A stretch of 64,000 bases of DNA from Lytechinus pictus (Eukaryota), in NCBI RefSeq assembly GCF_037042905.1, contig NC_087253.1, positions 9,424,001 through 9,488,000 of the forward strand, given 5' to 3'. The notes beneath the pieces were generated by a model that searched no databases, was not told where the DNA came from, and saw only the letters and a program-made list of their open reading frames with translations. Positions 52,951 through 63,090 of the stretch are shown in pieces; position 1 is the first letter of the stretch, and the number at the start of each line of letters is the position of its first letter. The position numbers and the translations under genes were made by a program.

Positions 52951-53362
52951 GGTTTGAGCAGGACGGATTCCTGGGACGAGCGATCACTCACCCCCGCATA
53001 CTTTTTTTTTTATCCGTATGTTTAATGAGTTCAAGGTGCCAGGGGTGACTGTTGGGTGGGTGAGTTCAGTTGTTTGACTTAGTGTCTTTATGGTTGTTGG
53101 ATGAATGAGGAGCGTGGTATGAATGTGAGTGCGTTTTGTTTTGAAAGTGATTGTTTGTCGGCCCTATTAATGCATAGCTCCGGTGAAGTTAGCTGACCCT
53201 ACAAAGTTCCACCTGACCGATGGATTTGAATAACCAATTTCATTGCTCAGGTTGAATGGTGTTGTGGGATTAGCAATCCTTGGCTGGAGCTGTGCATTGG
53301 ACTTGACTGCTCGCTCGTCCCCAGACACCCTCCTGTCTTTCGTTTTTGTTCCTGCTTAAAAC
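52951..53362 (+). ncRNA. Second structured RNA domain in LINE 3' UTR (closing stems plus two long hairpins, predicted)
   Basis: TTTGAGCAGGA/TCCTGCTTAAA and GGGACGAGCGA/TCGCTCGTCCC close the domain; hairpin 53167-53300 has an 18-bp WC/G-U base and symmetric mismatches; weaker hairpin 52985-53131. Confidence 0.7.
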
Positions 53363-54190
53363 TAAGTTTTTTTATTGTTTGAATTAAGACGTTTATCAAT
53401 AAGCATCCTTCCACCACCACATGTGTTTGTATTTTTTTATTACTTCATCTTTTCCTTTTACTATACATATATTAAGTTGCATTATATTTTCGTCATCATT
53501 TCAAGTTTGATGTTTTTAAATCTGTACACTCTATGTATATATGCCTGTAAATTGTACGCAATTCAGCCTTTTGGCTGCAAAGTGCAATAATTTCAATAAA
53601 ACCTTTTCAATTCAATTCAATTCAAATAGCATACAGATAAAATGAAATAACATTCTAAAGTGGGTACAATGAATAGCATGTTACTGAGTAGCGATAGGGT
53701 TTCTGAAATATATAACCAAACCTCCCCCGATGTGGATTCTTTTTAAGAACACAATGAAACTTAATTTAATTGACAACACACTCACACCGGTAGTAGGCAA
53801 ATTCCTAAAATATATCACTTTTTTTTGCATTTACTACGATTGATATTACCTGCCTTCTTTTCGCTTTAATTGAGTAGTTCTGCAATTGCCGACCAGAAGA
53901 CGATGAAAATCATCACTAATGTGAGGCATATGCCGTTATTTAGCAGAGTAGCCGAAATTATATCGTAATCTATTTCCATCCACCCTGAGTCCAATTGAGT
54001 TTCGAAGGCTAATGCGTGATAAAACTCGTTTTGTGTTTGACTATTAATTATGCAAATAATGCGCAGGTGCTAGTTTGGTTAACTTCGCTGAGATATTGGT
54101 GCTAAGCATTTAAAGCTAAGCAAAATAATGCATAGACGACTAAAGTAATCATTGTGTAAATATTGAAAATGCATCTTGCTAAATGTCTTA

Positions 54191-54360
54191 TCTCAACCCA
54201 GGTGTGGTAAATGGGTACCGGTAGGAAGTAATTCCTTAAAAAGCTGTGTGCGCTATGAACGCCTAGCTTAGCCGGGTAATATAGGAGCGCCTTGAGCACC
54301 TAACAAGGTGGATATGTGCGCAATATAGATATCCTATATTATTATTATTATTATTATTAT
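54191..54360 (+). mobile_element. 5'-truncated SINE, specific to copy B
   Basis: Reverse-complement match to ~2240-2392; (ATT)n tail; absent at the paralogous site (~43425). Confidence 0.85.
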
Positions 54361-54594
54361 CCAAAAATACCCTTCATCGAAAATGTGTATTTTATCGAAA
54401 AATAATCAAATGCAAACGCATGATCATGATATCATTTGGCCATTATGGCTTTATAAATTCATGTCTTGGAATTAGTGTCAATATTCGATTTGCCTTTTTA
54501 TCAAACGGATATCACAATTAATCTGTAGTGAAGTATAGTTCAAATTCCCCCAGATTTCCTCAGATCGCATGGCTAAGATGCCTCATCTGTTTAA

Positions 54595-55193
54595 AGGACA
54601 AGTCCACCCCAACAAGAAATTGATTTGAATAAAAAGAGAAAAATCCAACAAGCATAACACTGAAAATTTTATCAAAATCGAATGTAAAATAAGAAAGTTG
54701 TGACATTTTAAAGTTTCGCTTAATTTCACAAATCAGTTATATGCACACCCTGTTCGGCATGCAAATGAGGAGACTGATGACGTCATCCACTCACTATTTT
54801 GTATTTTATTATATGAAATATTAAATATTCTAAATTTCCCCTCATTGTCAAGTGAAACAACGATTAATTCCTCCCTGAACATGTGGAATCACCATTGTTT
54901 AATACTATATGGTTAAGTCAAGTTGGTCCTTATTGTCAAATCTGTAAAAAATGAAATATTGTATAATTCAAACAATAAAAAACAAAAAAAATAGTGAGTG
55001 ATGGACATCATCGACGGACTGATCTGCATGTCACTGAGTTGTGGATATCACAGTTTTGTGAAAAATAAGGGAAACTTGAAAATGCCATAACTTTCTTATT
55101 TTACAGCCGATTTTGATGAAATTTTCAGCATTCTGCTAGTTTGATTTTTCTCTATTCATTCTAATCAACATTTTTCTGGGGTGGACTTGACCT
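54595..55193. mobile_element. Kolobok-like MITE, specific to copy B
   Basis: TIR AGGACAAGTCCACCCC/GGGGTGGACTTGACCT, TTAA on both sides; single TTAA empty site at 43658-43661. Confidence 0.9.
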
Positions 55194-55409
55194 TTAATGT
55201 ATGACATCTGATGCGAATTATGCACTAGCAAATTATCATCATTATTAGTGTCATTTTGATAATCAATATTATTAATAATTATTGTATTGTTATTGTTGTT
55301 ATCATTAGTTTATATTCATTAGAATGATTGATATTATCAATATTATTACCAGTATTACTATGATTATTTTTATCATAATTATTATTATTACCATTGTAAG
55401 TATTACTAC

Positions 55410-55565
55410 NNNNNNNNNNNNNNNNNNNNNNNNNNNNNNNNNNNNNNNNNNNNNNNNNNNNNNNNNNNNNNNNNNNNNNNNNNNNNNNNNNNNNNNNNNN
55501 NNNNNNNNNNNNNNNNNNNNNNNNNNNNNNNNNNNNNNNNNNNNNNNNNNNNNNNNNNNNNNNNN
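55410..55565. other. Assembly gap
   Basis: Run of N within a (TAC)n microsatellite. Confidence 1.
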
Positions 55566-56200
55566 TACTACTACTATATTGCCTTTTATTTTTTAATGAG
55601 ATGATAATCCTGAATAATAATCTAAACTAAGGTTTTGAAAATTAATCAGAAGTAGCTATACAGATGATATATGCCTATTTATACAATCAAAGGTCGAAAT
55701 GTTTAAAGCGAATGAAAGCTAGCACAAAGGTCGTTTCTCAAACTAGGTCTTATTTTCAATGAGAAGCTGAAGTCCATCAGAACCGTGGCACAGTGACTGT
55801 CTCATTGCTGCAACCGACACCAAGGTTCCGTAACACAAAGCTGAGCAATGATCGAAGAACACTTTTCTGCGATTGAATACAATGTACAATCAATCGTAAG
55901 GATCAAGCGTACGTTTAATCGCTAACCTTTGTGTCACGGGACACAAGACAGCCAATTTGTTTTAACGTCATTTTCAATGCCATACCATCGAGTGTTTGGT
56001 TTGGCGTCGGTTTCATTAGTACGTGTGAGAATAGCATACGATTAATGTCCTACTATAAATCACTGCATGAATACATGATGTAAGAGGATGTACGTGGCGT
56101 CATTTTATCCTTACCTTAATCTTTGATAGCAGTTTGTAGGGAATGTAATATCTCTATCTCTCAATGTACTTCCAGCATGTACAGCAAACACAAACGCAAA

Positions 56201-56662
56201 TCACTGCAAGGCATCATAATATAATAATTTACCATGAGTTTTACCAATCCATTTCTTCGGCTCGCGGTCGACAGTATCGAGAGGTAAAACCATGGACCTA
56301 CCATGGTAAAACATATATGATGTTATTGGTATATCCTGTGTGAGTGGCTTAGTATATGCCCCAGTGGCCAGTACCGATGCGGAAGACGTCATTCTCATCC
56401 GAAGCCGTCGATGGTTTATTGTCTGCTTGCTTTGTGAAACGTGATTGCATAACGGATTGTGGTGAAGAAGAGAGTCAAATAATGAGTATATTGTTACGTC
56501 ATACATCACAACTTCAGCTTTCACTGCTGTAGGTATTCTTTTTTTCAAAGACTCTAAATTGGCAAATGGGCCTTCCTTTCTGAATCTCGTGTCACCAATG
56601 CCCGGCTTTAGAAGAACATAACATAAAAAAACAAGAAGCCCCATGCCGGCTTGTGTAACCAT
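56201..56662 (-). CDS. Candidate exon/ORF of unknown function with signal-peptide-like start
   Basis: 153-codon ATG-initiated non-repetitive ORF, hydrophobic N-terminus (MGLLVFLCYVLL), possible donor CATG|gtaaat near 56232; no recognised domain. Confidence 0.3.
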   Translation of the reverse strand: MVTQAGMGLLVFLCYVLLKPGIGDTRFRKEGPFANLESLKKRIPTAVKAEVVMYDVTIYSLFDSLLHHNPLCNHVSQSKQTINHRRLRMRMTSSASVLATGAYTKPLTQDIPITSYMFYHGRSMVLPLDTVDREPKKWIGKTHGKLLYYDALQ

Positions 56663-57600
56663 GGATCCTACTAGTAGGACACATGGTGTAACTTATATCC
56701 TAATTATTGTTTAAGTGTAAAACGAACGGCGTAAGAAGTATTTAAAGATGTTCTCCATGCATAACATTAGTGAGAATAAATATGTTAATATACCTGCATT
56801 TTGATGCAGGCAATGCGATGACCTCCTTTTGAATAAAATGATCATCATAACATAATTTGTGTTCCCAATTGAAAAAAAGGTAACAACACGGCCTTTCCTC
56901 ATTATTTCCTTCTCATTAATGTTTAAATGTCCCCATTTTCATCCATTTATTTATTTATTAATTGGCTGAAGTCTGAGTTCAGCATATATTTCGAACTTAT
57001 AGGATTCCTTTCAAGTCCGTTTCGGATGAAATGTGGTTACTGAAATAACCCCCTTACAATTTTATTTGATGAAACGTACCACTCATATCTCATTTGGTCA
57101 CGCCAAAGGATTATTGGCTTCAATACGTTAAATGTATATTGTCAACTGTTCTAAAGATATGCATTAGCATTAGATGAATATATATAATGAACATTATTTT
57201 TACATATACATTTATATCTTTACTTAATGAATTAACACGTCAGATATTGCGGGTTTATATGACTTGCATCCACCGATATACATTTACTAATTTGGAACCC
57301 AATGTGTGAGTTATGGGAACAGATTATGTTGAAAATATACCAAGGATTACACCTTTTTTTTTTCGTTAGCAATGAGAAATCAAATTTAGTAAGGTCTCTT
57401 AATTCCAGGCAGATTCCATAAATCTTGTTTAATTTGACAATAAAAAAAAATAATTGATCATTTCAATTTCTAGAAAATAAGATAAACGTGAAAAAAAATA
57501 TATATAACTCATGATAAACGTTTAATTATTTGAACTTGTATTCTCTGTAGTTTATTCATTCATTTACAAGTATTTCTGATCGGATAATTATAAAGGGTGG

Positions 57601-58454
57601 TGTCGTGTACAGGATAAGGTTTTTAGTAATTTCTAATTTGCTTTGATACTGTTTTCTTTTACATTGTAAATCGATTTTTATTTAGATTCGAACTCACCGA
57701 CTGAGGGCGCATTGTTTTTTTGGTACAGTCATGGAAAGCGTGTCGCTTGTCAGTTTAGTTGTTAATTTCTATAATTTCGTGATACGAGCCCAATGACGTA
57801 AGTTCTATTTTGTTCATTTTGAAGTTAAGTAGTTATATTCTCAGATAAGCCGAGTGGCATGCTGAAATACGGTTTAAGTTATTACGAATTAATATGGCAA
57901 AGTTATGTAGGCTCAGTGAATTTGTTCTAATGAAAACACCGTATACGTGTACATGCATGCATTATGTAATAGAAAGCGTACGCAGCGGTATACGTAGTTG
58001 TGTATGTAACTTGAATTTGGCGCCTTCGGGCATGTGAGGTTTGCATTGTCATAACCTATGTAAACATAAATAAGTAAACAGATACGCATTTAAAGTAGTA
58101 GTTGATTTCTTTTATTATGAAAACTGTTTTACAGAAAAGGTGAATTTAGGGCGCATTAATCAATACATGATATTTACAGTATGCTTATACTTGATATGAC
58201 CTTGAAACATGTCAAGGTCATTCTTGGTTATTGAATAATTTAAGTTGTAATGCGAGTCAACGTTATTTGCCTGTTTGGAAATCTGTGTACATTATTTATA
58301 TGTGTCATGACTTGTTGTCATTTCAGCTTAAACAAGTATTGTTTATTCTGTTATTAAATTGCAGATTGAACCAGTCTCATTGTGCACACATCAACACACT
58401 ATAGACTCGGTCTGATTCTTGGGTTTGTTTGGTTTCGACGTATCACACGCCACA
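57601..58454 (+). repeat. 5' LTR (854 bp)
   Basis: TGTCGTGTAC...CACGCCACA; no difference from the 3' LTR seen by eye. Confidence 0.95.
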
Positions 58455-58516
58455 TCTACAGTTCAATGTCAGCTTGAGTGTCTTGAGTGTCATCCTCCTT
58501 TAAGTACGTCACTGCA

Positions 58517-61099
58517 ATGGAAGGCAGCACAGATGAAGAAGTCACCTTTAAGGTCAATAGTAAGTCGGAGGATTGTGTAAAGATGGACAGTGCCAAGATG
58601 CAGAGTGACTTTATGAACAGAGATGACATCAGGCCCGAAGACTCTGTGAGTCAGAGGGGTAGTAGCAGTACCACGTCAGCTAGTTGGAGGCTTCGAGCTA
58701 GGGCTAGGAGAGCTGCCTTACAAGCGGAAGTTATGGCTCTGCAAGAGCAACAAGAGCTTGAGCTTGAGGAAATCAAGTTGAAACAAAGGAAAGCTGAACT
58801 TCTTCTTAAAATGAAATTGAAGGTAGCAGAGGCAGAAGAAGCTGTTTATAAAGGTACACAGTCAGATGTCAAGGTCAAAGGAAAGACTGATCCTTTAGAA
58901 CAGGACAAGACTGAAGAATCTTGTAAGCTTGAACCTTCCAGGGACAATTCGACAATGCCGGCTAAGACAAAACTGACACCAACTTGTGACAATTCTTCAA
59001 CCAGTGAAAGTGATAAGATGATGGGTAAGATGCATTCTGACATTTTCCATCACCTACAGCAAGGACAGAAACAACATCAGCAGCTGTTGGAAGCTATCAC
59101 CATTTCCACTGCCAACATTATGTCATTTGATGGTAACCCTCTGAATTTTTATGAATTCATGCAGTCGTTTGACAGCGTCATTGGTAGATCTTCATTGGAC
59201 AATAACACCAAGCTACTCAAGTTATATCATCTGTGTAGTGGAGCTGCCAAAGACATCATCCATTGCTGTCTAATGATGCATCCAGATGATGGATACTTAC
59301 ATGCAAGGACGCTACTGACTGATCGATTTGGAAATGCCTTCAAGATCTGTGATGCCTGGATCAAGAAGATCACAGAAGGACCTATCATACAAAATGATCC
59401 AAAGCAGCTGAGGGACTTCGCTGATCAGCTTAAGACCTGTGGAGAAACATTGATGGCAATAGGAATGCTCCGAGAGTTAAGCTCTAGGAGTGAACTGGTG
59501 AAGATCATTGACCGTTTGCCATTTCACCTGAAGAGCCGCTGGGTACGTCATGTGAAATCCATCAGAGATGTTGGAAGACAGCCTACCATTCAAGATGCAG
59601 TTGACTTTATCACTGATGCAGCTGATGAGCTTAATGATCCTGTATTTGGTGCACTTCTTACTGGAGGATCAAAGAGCGGAAGTACTGACAAAGTGAGAAC
59701 CATGTTAGGTAGAGGTCAGGTGAGCGTATTTACCACTTCAGCCAATCCATCAACTCAGAACTGCCTTATGTGTAATGCCAGCCATGATCTTTTTGGCTGT
59801 CAGGAGTTCAAGAACATGAATCCTGATGAACGCTTTGATTTTGCCTTCAAGAACAGATTATGCTTCAATTGCCTCTTACCTGGCCACATTTCTTCTAGAT
59901 GCAACATCAACAGAACCTGCTCTGTTAGAGGATGCGATCAAAGACACACAAAGTTCCTACATACTGGGAGAAGGATGATGACATCATCTCCACAGCGCCA
60001 TACGCTTCTCAGTGCAAGTGACGCGTCTACTCAAACTGACAGCGATGTATCATCCCATGCCAGCTGTGGCGCCATGGGGGCCGGAGTTAGCAGAATCGCT
60101 CTTCCGATAGTACCGGTCACTGTTAGTGTCCCAGGTGAAGTAGGAGGAACTATTGAGACCTATGCTTTGCTGGATTCTGGTTCCACAAACTCATTTTGTC
60201 TACAGGAAATAGCAGAGAAGATCCAGACAAAGGGACGAAAGAAGATCGTATCAGTATCTACACTAGAAGCTCCTAACCACACTATGGAATGCGAAGAAGT
60301 GAAGCTGAGTGTAAAAGGGTCTTCTGGTACATCAAGCAAGAAGATAGATGCTGAGTTCCTTACACGTCCAAGCTTGAATATCAATGCAGTGAACATGGCC
60401 ACTGAAGAAGATATCTCCAGATATCAACATCTTTTTGGTATTGATCTCCAAGTGACAACAGGAAAGGAGGTATCTTTACTTATCGGACAGGATATGCCCG
60501 AGGCTCTGATGCCACTGGAAATCAGAGCAGGTGCTCCAGGTGAAGTCTATGCCATCAGGACAGCACTTGGGTGGACGTTAAATGGACCGCTAGGAAATGA
60601 AAGTAATCTACTGATTCATCAAGCTTCATCTAACTTCGTTTCTACTGCAGGAAACATACCTCTGGGAGTCGAACCTCATCAAACTTGTAAGCTAGAAAGA
60701 GTTGACAGATATGATAATAGTTGGCAACTTCCATCTCACACCCTAACTCAGGATCTGCCAAATAATCCTCAAGTGACAAGCAGACAAGACTCCCTGAAGA
60801 CTCGTCTGAATAAGGATGATTGTCTACACGCTAACTACAGGGAGGAGATGAAGTCCTTGCTGGAAGAATCATATGCTAAAGAGGTTCTTGATGCAGCTCC
60901 TGAGAAAGATGAAGGTCTGGTAGGGCTTTTCTCCAAGATCACAGGCATCGTCAGCAGCAGGCCACCAACAAGAGGATCACCAAAGGTCTATGATGAGGAA
61001 GATTTGAATTCGAAGCTCTTACTTCTGTTAGACAGGAAGCTACAGCTACTTCCAGAAGTAACAGTCAGACCAGATGTCTCGAAGATGACTCAGAGTTAG
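58517..61099 (+). CDS. BEL/Pao Gag-aspartic protease polyprotein fused to an integrase C-terminal remnant; lacks RT, RNase H and IN core
   Basis: Coiled coil, capsid-like FDGNPLNFYEF..F region, three Zn knuckles (CLMCNASHDLFGC, CFNCLLPGHISSRC, CSVRGCDQRHTKFLH), protease ALLDSGS and LLIGQD, RTALGWTLNGP; first ATG at 58517 (860 aa). Confidence 0.93.
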   Translation: MEGSTDEEVTFKVNSKSEDCVKMDSAKMQSDFMNRDDIRPEDSVSQRGSSSTTSASWRLRARARRAALQAEVMALQEQQELELEEIKLKQRKAELLLKMKLKVAEAEEAVYKGTQSDVKVKGKTDPLEQDKTEESCKLEPSRDNSTMPAKTKLTPTCDNSSTSESDKMMGKMHSDIFHHLQQGQKQHQQLLEAITISTANIMSFDGNPLNFYEFMQSFDSVIGRSSLDNNTKLLKLYHLCSGAAKDIIHCCLMMHPDDGYLHARTLLTDRFGNAFKICDAWIKKITEGPIIQNDPKQLRDFADQLKTCGETLMAIGMLRELSSRSELVKIIDRLPFHLKSRWVRHVKSIRDVGRQPTIQDAVDFITDAADELNDPVFGALLTGGSKSGSTDKVRTMLGRGQVSVFTTSANPSTQNCLMCNASHDLFGCQEFKNMNPDERFDFAFKNRLCFNCLLPGHISSRCNINRTCSVRGCDQRHTKFLHTGRRMMTSSPQRHTLLSASDASTQTDSDVSSHASCGAMGAGVSRIALPIVPVTVSVPGEVGGTIETYALLDSGSTNSFCLQEIAEKIQTKGRKKIVSVSTLEAPNHTMECEEVKLSVKGSSGTSSKKIDAEFLTRPSLNINAVNMATEEDISRYQHLFGIDLQVTTGKEVSLLIGQDMPEALMPLEIRAGAPGEVYAIRTALGWTLNGPLGNESNLLIHQASSNFVSTAGNIPLGVEPHQTCKLERVDRYDNSWQLPSHTLTQDLPNNPQVTSRQDSLKTRLNKDDCLHANYREEMKSLLEESYAKEVLDAAPEKDEGLVGLFSKITGIVSSRPPTRGSPKVYDEEDLNSKLLLLLDRKLQLLPEVTVRPDVSKMTQS

Positions 61100-61370
61100 G
61101 TACAATCTTTAGCAGACACCTTTAAATACTAGTCAAGAGAATACTTACCTCATGTGTAAATTTGAAACGTTGAAACCTTCGCATTGCAATCTACAAATTA
61201 GTTGCCTTGTGCTTGAAGCCAATGGAAACTCTTCACTTATTTTGTGACTGCTTGGAAGATTTCTCCAGAATTTCCAGGCAAGAAAGGGGTCAACCGCGGA
61301 AAATCCAAACTAAGACTAGCATAATTATATTCTACCTACCTCAGGGTTATACATTTTTCTGAAAGGACAT
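61100..61370 (+). pseudogene. Decayed BEL integrase C-terminal tail (DUF5641-like)
   Basis: In frame after the stop: VQSLADTFKY*SREYLP (cf. VQYLADLFWKRWxREYLP); frameshifted NLQISCLVL..LGR..FPGKKG..QTKTS follows. Confidence 0.75.
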
Positions 61371-63090
61371 TATTGATTATAATGCTGATGTAGAACTTAA
61401 AGTCAGAACCTATTTATCAGAAGAAAGAGAAACTTGTGAAATATATGCAATTTATGATAATTGAATCAACAATTGTCTTTGCAAGGATAGGATCAGTTTA
61501 GATAATCTTGTGCAGTGATCTTTGAACTTATCGCGATATGAACATTTTGAAGTCATTAATAATCGTCAAAATATGAAATCATGTGGATTCTGCTTCGTGA
61601 AAGCATTACTATATATTCATCAAAATGTAATATCATAATGTCGACAGTGATTACATCAAGCGTCAAACTGATTTGTATCATCGCGGGAAGTTTATAGCGT
61701 GATTGATAATCTTGTAAGCTGGATTTAACAAGTGACTTTAACGCGGACAGTGTATCAACAGTAGTCTTACCAGTACTGATATCTGAAAACTGAAATGGGA
61801 CAAGAACTAAGAAGCTAATATAAACAATTTACAAAAAATGGACTTGAAATTGTAAACTGATTAAGAAGACTGTATATACACATGTGGACTGATTTCTCAG
61901 AATATTCATGTTTATTCATGCATATGTAAAAAAAAATGCATGTTGTCATTTTCAAGACATTTGCTCGATTGACATAAAACATTTGACAAAGTTTACAATG
62001 TGTTATGTAATTTAGAAAATTGATGATTTCCAGTGTGAATTGTAAATCTGATTTAACAGGATTTAAGCTACAGTGAAAACGTGAATACTTTTGTATTTGT
62101 TTTAGGTCACCATACTTAAGTTGAATGTGATGGAAGAAGAAATAACCATAAAAAGGATTGTTTTAGAAATTCAGGATTTTTTGTTAGTACAGAAAATCGA
62201 CATGTCATGCTAAGCAAATTTTGTGCAGATTAGACAAAAGACAATACTAGAAAGTTATTATATGGTGATATGGTATTCAAATGATGGTTTAGAAACATCA
62301 GTACTGTCAATTTGATATGATAAATGAAAGATATGCAAATTTATTTTGAAGCAGAACTTCAAAAATGTATTGAATGTTATATGAACTTGTCAATGCATTC
62401 TTAGAGCGGTTTGTATTGAGTCAGACAGGAAGAGTTAAACTCTTAGTGAGAAGTTAAAGTCAGAGTTTATATATTGTATTTTGCAAAATGAACGTGTTGA
62501 GAAACGGCAAGTTTTTATGATTGCTTGTTTAACATAGTAATTTTCTCCTAGTGTCACAGATGTCCTTTTTCTTAGCCAGAAGGAAGATGTCGTTTTGATT
62601 AAACATTTTCCAGTGTCATTCCTGGTGTATGGAATTGTAGTTACAAATCAGTTTCCTTTTGTGTCAAATGTTTTACCAAAACGATGCTCCTTCAGGCACG
62701 GAAAGTTGGAAGCTCTGAACTTGGTTGTTGTCATGGTGACGTTAGAAGAATGTTCATTGCAATATACTTAATGCTATTTTGGATTTGGTATTTTCCATCT
62801 GTTCTTAGGAATGCTAAAAATTATTGGCTAGTGAATGCAGTTGGTTAAAAGGTATTCTTCATTATGAAAGGATTTTTTATAGGTTAAGGCCTAGTTAATC
62901 AACTGAAGTTGTGAATTTTGGGTTTTGATATAAACAAATATTTCAAAGGTGAAAGTTGTTAAAAAAAAAAAAAAACAGTTGTTGATATAGGAATTCATGA
63001 TGAATATAGTGAGTTTTTATGTAATTTTGATTTCGTAAAAGAATGAATTGTTAAATGTTCAGAAAGGCTTCTCATTTAAGGGGGCCGGGA

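Larger units (their letters stand above)
48694..53625 (+). mobile_element. Single-ORF non-LTR retrotransposon (CR1/L2 group, APE+RT), specific to copy B
   Basis: Boundaries fixed by the empty site GAAAAT^ATAGCATAC in copy A (~42274); ends with CAGCC-TTTT-GGCTG stem, AATAAA and (TTCAA)n tail; no long TSD. Confidence 0.93.
43991..55608. repeat. Tandem segmental duplication, copy B (contains sulfotransferase B and the LINE)
   Basis: Collinear with 37261-43990; expanded by LINE, SINE and MITE insertions. Confidence 0.9.

Noticed and set aside
58487-61099. Domesticated Gag-derived host gene
   Set aside because: Still bounded by identical LTRs, PPT and TSD, so it is part of a recent insertion
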